From NCBI RefSeq assembly GCF_004010195.1, contig NC_057756.1, forward strand, positions 2,916,776 to 2,980,775: a stretch of DNA of 64,000 nucleotides, written 5' to 3'. The DNA comes from Chiloscyllium plagiosum (lineage: Eukaryota). Below the pieces are notes generated by a model, which saw only the letters and a list, made by a program, of their open reading frames with translations, had not been told where the DNA came from and did no database searches. How positions within the stretch are numbered: position 1 is the first letter of the stretch; each line of letters starts with the position of its first letter. Position numbers and translations under genes: made by a program. Positions 12,010-26,589 of this stretch are shown in pieces.

Positions 12010-13450
12010 ATTAAGGTGGATATGGTCAAAACGTCTCACTATACCAGGTTTAAATCCAAAAGGTAGTTTTGAAATCGGAAGCTTTCTGTGAACTACCCAT
12101 TTGTCTGGCAAAGTGCCACTCACAGACTCTATAAAACGAGAGATCAAAAGATCACACAAAGAGTGGTGTGTCGACTGGCCTTGTTATAGATCTCTGCACG
12201 TGATGAAGAGTGTGGGACAGTCCAAGCGAAGTGTGAACAATTGAATAGCAAGTGAATGGATGACCAGGAATCCGAATATTTGAGGCAGATACGCAATTTT
12301 TAACAAACTGTAAGGTGATGCAGCAGTCAAACAAACTAACTGTAATAATGCACTACATCGAAGAATTGCATGCCAAGCGTCTAAACAAAGCCATAAACAA
12401 TATAAAACTGCACAAACTAATTTAGACGTAGATACCGTAACACGTTATCAAGATGTGCGACATTAAAGAAGACTTTACAGAACAGTATACTAGGGATTAC
12501 ATGTTGCAACATACGAACCAAAAACAGGATTCAGACCGTCTTTATAGTTGCAGAATTTGGCTATCAGTTTCTGCTCTGCCATTCTGCATTGATATCCGTC
12601 TGGAAGGTTGACTTAAAGGATGCTGACTCAAAGATCAGAGACTGAATGTCCTTGAGCTCTGAAGTGTTCCCGACTGGAAGAAAATATTCTTGGATAATTA
12701 TTTCTTGCATGCTATCGATTCATCCGATGCAATAATTAACACAAGCAGCTGACAGTTTCCAGACACCATTCTCAAACTTGTTGACTTCATTTTTGACAAC
12801 AACGTCTCAACTTCAATAACCAATTCTTCATCCAGAATATGGCACAGACGTGGGAAACAATTTTGCAGCTCAATCATCCAACATTTTTAATCCACAAGTT
12901 CTAATAAGACTTCTTTGCTACTAGCCAACTCTATAAAACAGACACTTCAACTACATGTTCTTCATGTGAACTCATACCAAGGAATCAGTGAAATGACAAC
13001 GCACTGGAATCAAGAATTCTAATCCCACCATCAGAGTTATAATGGTTTATTCTACAGAATTTCTCAATCTTGGTCATTCCCATCTCCATCAAGAGACGAA
13101 CACTAAAATAATTTGCTCTACCACAAACCCACAACTTCCCTCAGGATTCTAGACTTTTTTAGCTTTCATCCTAAACATTGGATGATAGTTCTCCCCGTCA
13201 CTTGTGATTCAAATGTTGGAATTTAAATCCCACTGTTTGACAATCGTAACACAGATATATTATTCGGCCTTTCCAAAATCGACTCACAACGATTTTGAAT
13301 GGACTTTTGAACTCTCTTATTCTAACTTCTGCACCAGGGTGCTCTCTTCACTTCATCTAATGAAGAACCGGTATTCAGAAAGCGTAACATTTCAAATAAT
13401 CTTGTTTGAGGATATAATGTTATCGCGGGAATTTTGTTATCTATTTTTTG
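12010..13450. mobile_element. Highly decayed, rearranged Penelope-like element
   Basis: 12016-12110 resembles the 8198 terminal segment; 12540-12730 resembles the 8990-9140 endonuclease region; 12760-13180 is forward-strand RT-like; 13340-13440 is a forward terminal copy. Confidence 0.6.
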
Positions 13451-14104
13451 AAGTCATTTCAATTACTCAGAATTTACGAATCGTAGTTCTGATCTTCCAT
13501 GATAATTTATAATCAGGCTCATTCTTGCCTTGAATATAACACAGCTCTTCCAATTTTAATGTGAATTGCCTGATACGCACCAGCAGATCTATTCATCTCC
13601 AATGGGCCCTGCGTTTGCTCCTGCGTTTTTCTCGTCCTTAATCGATTTTTTAAAATCAGAATGTGAAAGTCCACACTGTGTGATTGAAAACAAAAACAAC
13701 CGACGACAAAAAAAAAACCTGGTACAGCTGTCAATGAACGTTCAATTTCTACCCATGGGAAGCTGTATTTGTTTGCATATTCAGATATCCAAGTTATTTA
13801 CCACTGTCAATAACACTGTAACTGTTTTCAAATATGTAATGCTTGTCTGTCGTGTACTGAAACTTTTCATTGAATAGGACCATTTTGGATTATACCTCAT
13901 GAAAGTAAAAACAATCTATTGTTCGGCCAACAGTCTGAAATATAGGTCAGCTTGACATTGTAAAGCGAAAGAATGTTATTATTACAGGAAAATGAGTTCA
14001 ACATCACTGCTAATTATTTTAGATTTCTCTCAAAGAAAGATTAATATCGGGCAAAACCAAAATGAATTTTCTGAAAATATATTTCTCTGTTTGATTGTTG
14101 ACAG

Positions 14105-14131
14105 AAAGCGTCTTAATTACCTCTGAGAAAG
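14105..14131 (+). CDS. Candidate micro-exon E1 (27 nt, phase 1-1): xSVLITSEK
   Basis: Acceptor atttctctgtttgattgttgacAG; donor AAG|GTAAGT (perfect consensus); open frame. Confidence 0.7.
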
Positions 14132-15024
14132 GTAAGTGCCAAGGGAAAAAAAAAGTCAGCAGTCAAATATCGTAATTACTTTTCCAGATCAGAATTGGTT
14201 AATAAATTGCAAATATGGTTGGTATGCAGCTGAGTTCTGGAAAAGCAAAATTATGACGAGAAATTGATTTTCTGCATAATCTGTTTTTCAATACTTAAAT
14301 ACGTGTTATGCCATCATGATACACAGGAATCTGTTAAGACTGTCATACTTTTCGAAGCATCAAGGCATATCAGCGCAGGTTGAAATGCCATCCTGCATTT
14401 GAGAACATGAATTTAACATGAAGTCAAAAAGTGCCGAAATATGCCCCGTTGTGCAATGCAAAAATGGCGAAAAAACTCACCTCTTTTGAAGTCGAATTTC
14501 CTGTCCCAATTACATTGAACATTCCACGGACTGTGGTGCCTCTGATAGAGTCGCAGAATGCATAAAGTAGAGAGTGTCAGTAGTCTACAGGAAAAATGAG
14601 TGTGAGACTGAGACATTCTGTGGGAGTAAGAATATCTGATGATTATGACACAATTGTTTTTTTCTAACGCTTCATCCACGTGAATGTTTATGATTTAAAA
14701 GAACTTTGCTGCATTCGTCATTCGCTGATTTACTTTTGCAATTGTGGAATGCTGATACAAAATTGGCTGTCCATGCTTATATAAAAACACATGCATGTGT
14801 GAAAGAAGTATAAATGGTGTACAAGCTTTTGCTATGTCGTAATCGTGGAAAATGAAGCATTGGAAGATTGAAATTCAGCTCTGTCTCACTCACGAAGTTA
14901 AAGGTAACATTGTGTAAGAAGTTAAGGCATGCAAAGGTTTCACCAATTGAAAACACTAGTTCCATAAACGACGGAGCTTCCCCAAAATACCAATGAAACA
15001 TTGATTTACTTTTCCTTCACATAG

Positions 15025-15051
15025 TCAACAGGACAGTACATAAAGCAGATG
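15025..15051 (+). CDS. Candidate micro-exon E2 (27 nt, phase 1-1): VNRTVHKAD
   Basis: Acceptor ttacttttccttcacatAG; donor ATG|GTGATA; size, first codon and donor mirror E7. Confidence 0.55.
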
Positions 15052-18000
15052 GTGATAATTTCGATATATAAACAAGTTACCTTTTTGAAATCTTGTTAAT
15101 GATGTATTAATGAAAAGTATATTGTGCTTTTGCATTGAAAATAGCTGTTGAATGTTCGTATTAGAGCAGAATGAATAGCAAAAGGCTCAAAGGCGATTAA
15201 AAACTCGAAAAAAAAATCAACAAAATGACATTGTGGATTTTTAATGGAAAACAAAATCGTTTCTCGGACAATAGTACTCAATAATTGCTTAAATCATGTA
15301 TCAGCCTATGGAAGCAAAAACCATCATGCGCACAGTCTAATCTGTGTACAAGAACAAAACGCATGTTTCAGCGACAATACAGTTTGTAACAACTGACCTT
15401 CATGAACAGTTGTCTGAATGTGGAAAGATTTTAAGAAGCCCCATTTCTCTCAATTCTCCAACTGGACGCAGGTGATATTTCTAAGTGCTTCACGCCCATG
15501 CCGGATAGATTGTGTCCAAGAAGAAGAGACAAACAATGTTGTAGCTACAAGGATGGTAAAGCAGTTGTTAATATTACTGAGTAAAATGTGTTTGGTAGAA
15601 TGCATTCAATTCAGTTCCTGTTGTCAGTACCACAGTAATTTTATTTTGGCAGGAAAGCCTATGGTGAGGCTGTAAAGAAGAAAATATAGGAGCAAAGAGA
15701 ACTGATAATGAACAGACAAGTTGTTCTATTCCATGTGAAAAATTCAGCCATAGTTACAACACGTCACCTTGTGAAATGACGAATACCTACAGTCCATTAC
15801 TACTAGGAAGTTACTATAACATAAACTGAGGTTGAAAATAATTATTCAGAGCTAATAGCATGTTCCGCTGAGAGGACTTGCAGCTCCATAGTAATGTATG
15901 CCAGAAAGTTCAGCGTGAGAAATGTAAGTTTAGAAATCACAAACTTTAGGAAGAATAGCAAGTTGAAGAAACTTGTATTGAACACCACTTCTTTATCATT
16001 CCGAAGTCCTGAGACAACTGAAGGTAACATTAGTAGAGGGATTGTTTGTAACAGTTTATTGCAAGAGAAAGAAAACCTGTGGATACATGCAAAATATGCC
16101 TTGAATTGAATGGTAAATTTAGTAATAGGTGTATTAAACAAACATTTCGTAAATACTCAGAATAGAATCGGAAGTAACAAGTTTCCAATCAAGCGAGGAA
16201 AGATGTTTTAATAAAGTTGATGATCTTTATTGAGATGAAATCAAATAATGAACGATGAAATAGGAAGTCACAACCTTAACTGTCCTGGATGTAGAGTAAA
16301 ATGTTCTTTCCTAATTGCGTAATGTTTGGAATGAATGGAACTCGATATGATAGTAATAATCAAAAAAAAACTTAACGAAATATCAATGAGTAATCATGAT
16401 GGTATAACTTAGGCTATTTCAGTATTTAGTGCTTTGTTAATAGAATATAAAAGTTAGCTGGATTTGCTCCATTTAAATATGATGATAGATAAGGAAATAT
16501 CCGCTGTCCATTCATGACTGTATATTTGTAGGTACAATGGTAAAAACTTCAACGGCTTGAATAGACTTGCAGTACTTTTGTTGCTTGTCTCTTTGGACAC
16601 ATATATGAAGGTTGCGTACATTCAAATCTATGGATTTTTTTCATAATACTGTGAACGGTTACTAAGCTTTCACAAAAATTATTGAGTGGCATTTCATTTC
16701 GAATATCGTTTATGAGACTATATAAATTGTGTCAAGAGTAATTTACTGTGCTTGATAGATCTTGATGATCGGTGATCCATACAGTAAATCTCATTTTTGA
16801 GAGCTCAGCATGTTGTCACATATGTCTTACATTAAATGATGGACAACGCAATTCATATGTCCACGAATTATACAAATCGATTTGAAAGAGCAATCAGTGA
16901 GTTAACAATTTAGCTAACAGTGTTATTTCTTCTGAAGCATCTCTTCCACATGAAATGTAGCTTCAGTATCCACTCGGTCTGCATACCTCATAACTTTGAT
17001 TCGATCAATCCAAGGACAAGTAAAACATCCAGTCCTGCCTCTGGTCAAGTTGTTAATTGTCATGCAGGCAACATCCCAGTAATATCCCTCCACATCCTCT
17101 CCAGTGAACATATTCTGACATTCACGTGCTGACCATAACTGCATGCAGTTTACATTACTGGCTGAGAGCTTATATTTATGATTTGAAAGAAAGACCTCTT
17201 TGCTCCTATGTTCTAATCCGGGCTAATGACGGAAAAGATCGCACATGTGTTAAACCAGTCTATTTGTGCTTCAACCTCAGAGATTGATAGATATTTACTC
17301 GAAGGCACTTCATTTTTCACTACGTCTGAGGGAAATGCCCCTGCGTTTGCATATGCTATTCTATGTGCCAATACGTATCTCCTCAGGTGGAGATGCAGAG
17401 AGGTCTGTAGGGTGGTGATCTTCTATTTGCAAACAAAGGCTGTGACAACCAGCAAGCTAATTATTGACTGCCCCCGAGCCTCGTCGTCCATTGCTCATTG
17501 TATATATTTGATATCATGTTTCCTTCCAGCTTATCAACATGTCTGACTGTGTTAGTGAGAGTAATCTTACTACAGATATACAATAACACAATAGTGATAG
17601 TTCCTGTTCTGTCGGCACTTCTGTCACTATAGTCTGTTCTCCATTAAACCTAAACTTGTTCGAATGTGTCATGGTTAGGTATTTACTTTTACATTTGCCA
17701 CAAAAGTCTTTAACATCAGGCTAACCCTGCCAGCTACTAACTAGGTAACTACTGTCACATTTTGCCCCAATGGTCTCCAGCAGCCTGACCTTGCTGACCC
17801 TGCTAAATGCTGATTAGATATTTAATAATACGACTTGCTACGATCATTTTTAGCAGCCGGTGCTGAGCTCAATGATGATTGCTATCTCATCCTGTCTCAA
17901 TGCTCCTGTAGCCCCAGCCTGACTCCGTTAATTGGTGTAACTAAATACCACAAGCCCTTTGATGTGTTATTTCAATTAGTGTAAAACTACACTTTAAGCC

Positions 18001-18099
18001 TTCTCATGATTTTGTACTCCTTTAGCTCGTTGGTTGTCACAGCTTTCATTTTCCATACTCTGCAGACATATCAATCAATATATCAGGCTATACATCGAA

Positions 18100-18260
18100 C
18101 TGGCGATCTATGTATTTGCCTACCTATCTCTCGATATGACTATCTGCTTGTCTCCCTCTCTGTCTGTCTGTCTACCTACATGTCTGCCTACCTATCTATC
18201 TACTTTATCTATATATCTATCTTTCTACCTATCTATCTACTTTATCTATATATCTATCTT

Positions 18261-18326
<66 letters not shown>

Positions 18327-18400
18327 CATCTATCTATCCATCCATCTATCTATCTATCTGTCTCTTCATCCATCTATCTATCCATCGACTTGTTTGTCTA
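18100..18400. repeat. (TATC)n tetranucleotide microsatellite with degenerate flanks
   Basis: Perfect tatc array at about 18262-18326 with degenerate copies on both sides. Confidence 0.97.
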
Positions 18401-19207
18401 AATATTTTCCATCTAAATATTAAGTTATAAATGGAACAAATGAAAACACTTGTGTTGGATGCTTGTGTCACTTTTTGAGAATGTCCTTTGTTAAGTGAAA
18501 CCCATAATTTTCAGTCTGATTTAAATGTTTTAAATCTACAATCGTAAGTTCTTCAATTTCATGATGAACTGCTTTAGGAACTTTATGTAAACGTGTGCCT
18601 ATAATTCATTCCTGAGTTCTTACAACTTCTGTACTTTTTTTGTGTTAATTTTATTATCTGAAGTCAAATTATGCCATGTGCAAAACTGTATCCATGAGGA
18701 TGGCAGTCCTCACCATTGTTCTGTTGGTAACCGGTTGTCTTTTAGTTTTCTGAAGTTATCATATGTAACGAGAATTGTGACAATCCTAGGTCCTTTTGCC
18801 TTTGAAACTTGATAGTGCCAATGTCGAGCAGAGAACTATGTAATACACGACTCAAACAGGCACCCAGGTTTTGTCACATATAGTTCTCGTCAAATGATTA
18901 GTTCGAAAGTGGAACATTGACATTTTAATGAAACGAGGTAGTTCTGGCCTAATCGATTGTTTTTTTAATTAATTGAAATAGTATACCGTCCTTTGTTTTT
19001 GTTGTATTAGCAATCTGTTATCACATAAGCGCTATAAAGGGCATGCATATTGATTTCCTTCAATAGCCAGCCAAATCGAATGATGTAACAAATTTATCTG
19101 GTTGTGTTGTTTCTACAATGTTTTTTGAGTGTACAGAAAAATAAGCTTTCTCACTGTGAATTCAAATGTTGACTGGAAACACAAAATATGTATTTCTTGT
19201 ATTTCAG

Positions 19208-19243
19208 AACGGGCGAAATGTGCAGCAGATCTAAAGAAAACAA
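19208..19243 (+). CDS. Candidate micro-exon E3 (36 nt, phase 1-1): ERAKCAADLKKT
   Basis: Acceptor tatttcttgtatttcAG; donor CAA|GTATGT; open frame. Confidence 0.65.
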
Positions 19244-19584
19244 GTATGTCTTGAGGCTTTCTAAATATGCATATTTTACACTTTACAGTTTCACTAAAAA
19301 TCAACGATGTAATGTAATAATACATATATTCTTGCAATCATTCAGCAATTTAAAATGATACGAAACTCTCTTGAAATACATCTTCGAAAATAAAAGAGGT
19401 TTATGACATGCATGAGGGGAGTTCGTGGTCATCATTCAGCGATGAGGAGACGTAAATGTACTGTTAATTTCCGTGACACATTTCATATCTTACAACTATA
19501 TTTACGCTTGACTTCAATACATTAATTTGTTTCTTCTGCAAAACAGCGGGATATTTGAATTGTGCTAAACTAAGTAATTCCATG

Positions 19585-21690
19585 AGATGCAGAACATAAA
19601 TATAGACCACAGAAAAGCACAGCACAGTGCAGGCCTTTCGGCCCTCAATGTTGAGCTGACCTTTTTGCTTACTCTGAGATCACACAATGCTAACACCTTA
19701 CATTTTACTTTCATTCATTATTTACACATAAGTCGCTTAAATGCACCAAATGTATCTGATTCTCCTACTCATGCTGGTAGTGCATTCCACGTACCCACCA
19801 GTCTCCGTGTAAAGAAACTACCCTTGATATCGGCCTGAAATCTTCCTCCAATCACCTTAAAGTTATGGCACCTGTGTGATGGGCTCACAAACTGAGAAAA
19901 CCTTCTGGCTACTCCCTCTATCTCGGCCACTCATAGTCTTTCACACCTTCATAAAGTCACCGCCTATCCTCTTCTCTCAGCTGAGAAACGCCCTAGCTCT
20001 CACAACCTTGCTTCATAAGTCAAGCCCTGCAGTCCAGGCAGCATTCTGATAATTGCACACTTCAACCTCTCTAAAGCTCCTACCTCCTTGCTATAACGAG
20101 TCGGCCACAACTGAACACAATATTCCAATTGTAGTTTAACCAGGGATATTCAGAGCTGCAGCATCTCCTGCTAATGAAAGACAACACACCATATGCACTC
20201 TCAATAAACCTGCCAACTTCTGTGGTAACTTTAAGGACCATTGGACGGTGACCAGAGAATCCCTCTGTTCATCCATTCTGCCAAGCATCCTGTCTTTAAA
20301 TTCGACGTTGCAAAATGAATCACCTCACACGTTTCTGGGTAACTACCACTTACCAATCAAGTTCCAATTTCCGTCAATACCATCCACGCAGCAAATCCAT
20401 CACTCTTCTTGACATCGATATATTATAAAGCCACCCTTCCATTTCCTCATGAAGTTATTTATAAAAATGACAAAGAGTAGATGTCTTAGGAGTGTGCTGC
20501 GTGAAACACCACTGATCACCAATCTTCAGGTTGAACACTTTCCATCAACTGCCACACTGTCTTCTCTGGGTGAGCCAATTTTATAACCATATCGCCACAA
20601 TTCCCAGTGCCCCATGCCTCCTCACTTTCTTAGTGAGCATACCATGGTGAAATCTATCAAACGGTTTGATAAAGTTCATATACTACACATCTACTGCTCT
20701 AACTTGATCAATATATTTTGTCACATACTCAAGTAGTTCAATAAGGCTTGTGAGACATAACCAGCCCCTTCTAAAGCCATGCTGACTATTTCTAATCAAG
20801 CCACGCAAATATTCATAAATCCTGTGTTTCAGAAACCTCTCGAATAATTTGCCTACCACCGAAAAAAAGATTGAATGGTCCATAATTCCCAGTGTCATCT
20901 CATTTCTCCTTCTGAACAAGTTGATAACATTCGTCAACCAATCATCTCGTACAACTCCCCGGTACGGTGAAGATGACAAGATCATACCCAAAGGCGCTGC
21001 AATCTCTTCCCTTGCTTCCCGTAAAAACTTGAGTAAATCTCATCTGGCAGCCCACAATTATTTATCCTAATATTTGACTAAATTTCCAGCACATCCTCCT
21101 TTTTGACATTAGCTTGTTTCACGCTTTTCACATAAGAAATAGGGTTTATGTTTAGCAAATACTGTAGCAAAATACTCATTTTCGACATCCACTTCCTCCA
21201 CCAACTCCAGTCACAAGTCCCTTTCACTATCACTGATCAGCCCCATACTCACACAGGTCATCATCTTGTTCCCGACATAAATACAGTAAACCTTGTGCCT
21301 TTTCTCAATCGTTCCCGCCAAAACTTTCTCCTGCTCCCTTCTCGCTCTCCTGACTCCAATCATCAGTTCCTTCCTGGCTAACGTGTAACCCTATAGGGCC
21401 CTGTCTGGTTCATGCTTCTTCAATCTTAAGTAAGCTTCCTTCTTCCTCTTGATTAGATACTCCACATCTGTTGTAATCCAAGATTCATCACCCTATCATC
21501 CGTTCATTTCCTCAGTGGGAGAAAGCAAGTGCTTTCTAAACAGCTTGCACATTTCTGTTGTGCATTTTCCAGAGGATATCTGCTCCGAATCAATGACACA
21601 TAGTTCCTGTCTAATACCATTATATATCCCCCTCCCGCAATTAAATACTTACCCATATCTTTTATTGTTAATCCTATCTACATATTCAAG
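19585..21690 (-). mobile_element. CR1-type LINE remnant
   Basis: Minus-strand SVVGKLFERFLK...IRNSQHGFRRGWLCLTSLIELLEYVTKYIDQVRAVDV (CR1 'SQHGFxxGRSCLTNLIEFFEEVT..ID.G.AVDV'). Confidence 0.88.
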
Positions 21691-23289
21691 TTAATTGAAA
21701 GGCCAATAATTTAAGTTTGGGCGAAATTAACAAAATGTAGATTGCCCAAATCAGATCTGAAGTTTGCATTCTTAAAAGATTGTGATGGATGCAAATTCAG
21801 AATTTAAAACAAAGGTTTTGAAAAAGGTAGTACGTGTAGTTCAGCTATAAGGAAGTAATTACTGCATATTTCCGTGGCACAAATGAGTTACCATCCTTTG
21901 GCGAATAACGTCTGTGGACAACTTTCAAATTTTGATTACTGAGATCGACTGGCAATATTCTGAGTTTCAAAGACGATGCAAACATATGGAATTAAGGTTT
22001 TAAGCAATGTTATATACATATGGGAACAACACGACCTGTAAGTTCCACTCGGAGGCACTCCTGACTTGAAAACATATCCCCATTCCTTCACTCTTATGAT
22101 GTGAATATAAAGTGGACTTCCCTCGCAACGCGCACGGCAGTTACGTCTGTTGCATTGGAAAAATTGATTCGATTTTGCAGCTTCCACCATTATCTCAAGG
22201 GCAACCAAGAGAGGAAAATAAAGTACTACCTCAACAGGAATGTCTAGGAAAGAAAATTTAAAATGTAGTGATAATATGATAAAATTATACAACAATAATA
22301 GACAATAATTTCTGAGCCAATACTCAAGCACTGACCTACCTGAGTTCGATATTCCCTCATCTGCTGTGTCGTGTTCTGTGTTCGGTGCTATAACTGATCA
22401 TCGAAATATCTCTTCAACGTTCAGATGTTTCCCACTTAATGGCACATTGAAGCATGGAATTCGGGAGAATTCCAATTCTTATTGTTAAAAACAGCCATCT
22501 CCAACTCTCCTTCCTTTAGCAAATTTTCATACCATCTGATTATTTACCAATCAACTAATTGTAAATGCTTAGCCCTGTCTACTGTCTATATGTTCCTCCT
22601 TGGCTTTTAATTCTCAATCATATACATAACTTTCCCTGTTCAAAGCAAACTAAGTCCAGACTCTCTATTCTCCCTATTTCCTGCCTACGAAATATCTCAG
22701 TGAATCGTCTCTGCGCCAACAATGGTGAAATCACGCGATGCTTAAGATGGCAATGAGACATTCATATTATACCAGAGGTGTGACAACCATCTCATATAAC
22801 TGAAACAATATCCACCTACTGTGCTATATGAACAATACGAGATTCCAAGACTTTATTAAAACCTCCTTATGCACGTTTCACTTTTCATCAATGACCTTGG
22901 GACGTTTGCTCTCAGGACATAAGCAAGAAAACGAAGAGCTACAGAAGGTGAAAGTCTTTACTCAGAGAGTGGTTAGGATTAAAAGTGTAATTCTTGAAGA
23001 GTTCTGGAGAAGAAGTCCATTTGAGACTTCAAAACAAAAGTGAATGTATATTTTAGGGCTACAGAGGTAGGACTAGCTGGGCATTTCATTCTCTATGTAG
23101 AATGGCCATATTCCATCTTGCAGACTGCTATGATTTTCTCATCTTCCTCAGATTCCCTTTGCATCCTAGTGTGATATTAATAACTGAAAACTAATCTGTG
23201 ACATTTGTACATTTATAAAATGAGAGTGTCTCTCGGTAAGCCATCATATATTGCCCCTCTCTAATTGACAGAAGGACAGTTAAGCGTCA

Positions 23290-23590
23290 GTGACTTTTCT
23301 GTGGGTCGAGGAACAGGTATAGGCGAGGCACAGTAAGCGTGGTAATATTGTTCCATTAAAAAAATGACCCAGACGGGTTCCCCGCTCCCCTACCACCCGG
23401 ACGCCGCACCCCCACTCCAGTAAATGGCACAGATTCATGGTCATCGTTAGGTTCTTAATTCTAAATATCTTTAGTGAGTTCAAATTCTGTCAACTGCTGT
23501 GTCGGGTATTCAATCCCCGTCCCGAAAGCATCACCTCGATATCTGGACGAAGATGACAATGATAACAACTCTAGGTCATTGCGTCCCTTA
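23290..23590 (-). mobile_element. SacSINE1/DeuSINE-like SINE remnant
   Basis: The reverse complement resembles the + strand copies at 39845, 46740 and 51480. Confidence 0.55.
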
Positions 23591-23855
23591 TATATGCAAA
23601 CCAGCCCTCAAGCCCATCGATTCAAAACTTCTTGATATGACCATCGTGTAAAAACTGTTAAATGCTTTGATATAAAAGCAGTTATTTTTGTACTTGGTCA
23701 GTTTTAACGCATTGTGTGGGCTTCCCTTATGGCAGTGTCAATTAAATTGCAATCTTAAATGGAACAATGCAGTGAAGACGTATTCTTATGCTCGCAATCT
23801 ATTTGATCTTCGGAATAGCATTCTGAAATAAGTATAATTTGAATCTCTCTTCCAG

Positions 23856-23882
23856 AGGAACTTTTGTCCAAAAAAATGGAAG
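23856..23882 (+). CDS. Candidate micro-exon E4 (27 nt, phase 1-1): KELLSKKME
   Basis: Acceptor tttgaatctctcttccAG; donor AAG|GTGAAT; open, helical and charged peptide. Confidence 0.65.
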
Positions 23883-26280
23883 GTGAATGATTTCATTAAT
23901 AAATAAATGCCTTTAATTGGAAGTCTCTTACTAGATTATAATTCTTAGCAATTTTTGAGAGGACTTGTAGCTCAGGTTGATGATATATATGCAAAATAGC
24001 TCACCGAGCTTAAAGATTTTTTTACAGACCTTTTATCAACATGCTCGTTAACGTCAGTAGTGAGAGTCTCTGGTGAAGCGCTGGTGGTACGTCCCACCTC
24101 TTTATTTATCGGTCTTGGTATCTGAAGGTGTCTGATGTATTTTCCTTTCATTTCAAGGGATGGTAGATATGGCATAAATCGATGTGTTTATTGATGGAGT
24201 TCTGATTATAATATCATGCCTCTAGATATAAAAAAAATCTTTTTGAATCGATTGTAAAATGATTATGCAATAACAAACATTTGTGTCCCGATCTCAACAT
24301 TAATGGGCTTGCAGTAATACATTCTATGCCATCCTCAAATCATTTGCATTAACATCGCTAAGTTTCATTCAAGTTTTGATGAATGTGCTTTATGTTCTCC
24401 AGCATAAACATTATTATTTGAAGGTGTGCTTTTTTCCTAATGTTTGGACAAGATTTCTGGAACTGAGCTCTTTGTCGAATTGCCTTACAGCTGTGCTAAT
24501 AAGCCAAATGCACAACCAAACCTTTGATTTCCAAATTGAAGCCCGCCCACTCAGATAATAATAATTCTATCACTCTTTCAGCGAAATGACGAATTGGAGA
24601 ATTATTGGTTGACCACATCTCAGTTTTCATATGAACACACCCCGGTAATCTGCATCAAAGGAACACAGGGCAGAAATTCTGCCATATTTATCTGTTGCAC
24701 GCTTCATGTGATTCTGTTGCACACGAATGTAATCCACTCCAACCTTGCATTTTAAAACAAAAAAACACAAAACTTTCTAGCGACAAACCATTCAAAAATG
24801 AAGTATGAAACAGACCCAATAACTGGACCCTACTCAGCTTTACAAAGTCTTTCAAATTCATATATGAGTTAAAATGCGTATGTGTGATATGGTCACCAGA
24901 GTCGAGACGTATTTCTATGTCGCTAAAATGGAGACACACTGGGCTGTTTTATTGCAGGCCCAACGAAATCTCATGGCATTACAATCGAAGTAACCTGCCT
25001 CAGGAAACAGCAATTCAAGCTAACAGTCACTGATGAATTGACCAAGGGTGACGTGCACATTTAGTTTATTCAAGAAATGTGGTACTCAATTTCAATTGCA
25101 ATATATTAATCAACAACATCATAACCCTGACGACGTTACATAAAAAGGAAATAACAAAAGGGAATGTCTTGGTCTCTAACCCCCAGTGGGGAATATAAAA
25201 GCAAGGTAAATAATAACTAATATGATTATGAAAATACAACTAATGATTTAAATAATGATCCTATCCTTATCTGTCTGCCTGAGCACATCGAACACTTTGT
25301 GTAAATGACTACCACATCCATGCTGTGGAGAAGAACGCCCAGAATGGCTTTGAGGATACCAAACATTAAATATAGCGCCACTTAGAACATGCAATAAAGG
25401 GATAATAAACTGAACGAACCAATGTTGGACTGGTAAATGCGAGTTTTGAGTAGGTTATTAGCAGTAAGAGATTTGTCAACGGTTGCTGCTGATGAAGAAC
25501 GTTCATAGTCTGACATAAGTTTCAAAAAAGCAATGAATAATTTCAATGAATAATACATGACACAATGAGCTGATCAATGATATCCTGCTAATTAAATCCA
25601 TCTTTGTTTACAAGCAAGGCCTGTGATCTGGCATATACAGCTGTTTTGCATTTCACTGTGGTTGGCATATAAAATGTTGATTTAATGGAAATCCAGTTGT
25701 ATCCTTTATCACACAGACAGGAAATACAGCAAAGGTCATCAGGTGTATGCTGTGAAATTCACCATCATTTACCAAATGTATACTGTCCATCACAAGGTCA
25801 GCAATTTGTTGCTGAATAATAACTGTTCAATATTCAGCACCATTCTTAAATATTAGTGATTAAAACAGCTCTTGATCGAAGGTTGCACCTGCTTGAAAGT
25901 ACACAAGTTTGGTCTGAAAACTGGCACGTGATAATTTTGCCTTGAAAGTGTCAGATAATGAAAAATTGAAGAATAATTTACCTAATCAAATATCGTGGCA
26001 TCTATGACAGTTCAATGGCTTTAAAGGGTGAATTGTGCCAGTTTGTCTTCAGGGGAGCGTTTGCAAAAGACGTACCAAGCCACCTGTTCCAAGCAAATAG
26101 ACCTAACACCTTGTGAGGCATTGTCTTGTTTTTCAGTTGGAATGCCTCGGGTGAGACTCCCACAGGACAAAGCGTTCGGTTTAACTTTCAACAGTTGCAG
26201 TAGTGGAGACTCATACCCCACGATCTGATGGAGATACAAGCTTGGTCACTCTTCTTTCTGCAATAATGGCATTTGAGACT

Positions 26281-26496
26281 CGAGTGTGTTGTACTGGAAA
26301 TGCACAAGTTGTCAGCCAGCATCCGAGGAGCAGCAGAATCGATGTGTCGGGCAACAGCCCTTCAACATCCTGATGAAGAACTCTTCTCCGAAAGATTGAT
26401 TCTGATGCTCCTCTGATGCTGCCTCACCTGCTGTGCGTTTCCAGCATCACTCTCTCGACTCTAATCTCCAGCATCTTCAGTCCTCACTTTTGTCTT
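26281..26496. mobile_element. Short palindromic PLE-tail element with a 12-bp TSD
   Basis: Left arm (about 26281-26365) is an imperfect reverse complement of the right arm (about 26371-26460), both resembling the 3829-3905 PLE tail. gcatttgagact is repeated at 26269-26280 and 26497-26508. Confidence 0.8.
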
Positions 26497-26589
26497 GCAT
26501 TTGAGACTGTCCATGTTACTGCAATTGCGTTTGCCCAGTGAATGTTTACTTTTATTTACTATATTTAAACAGATGCTGTCTGGTGGCTA

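Noticed and set aside
18006..18423. Two ~130-aa ORFs with (YLSI)n repeats
   Set aside because: They are translations of the (TATC)n microsatellite.
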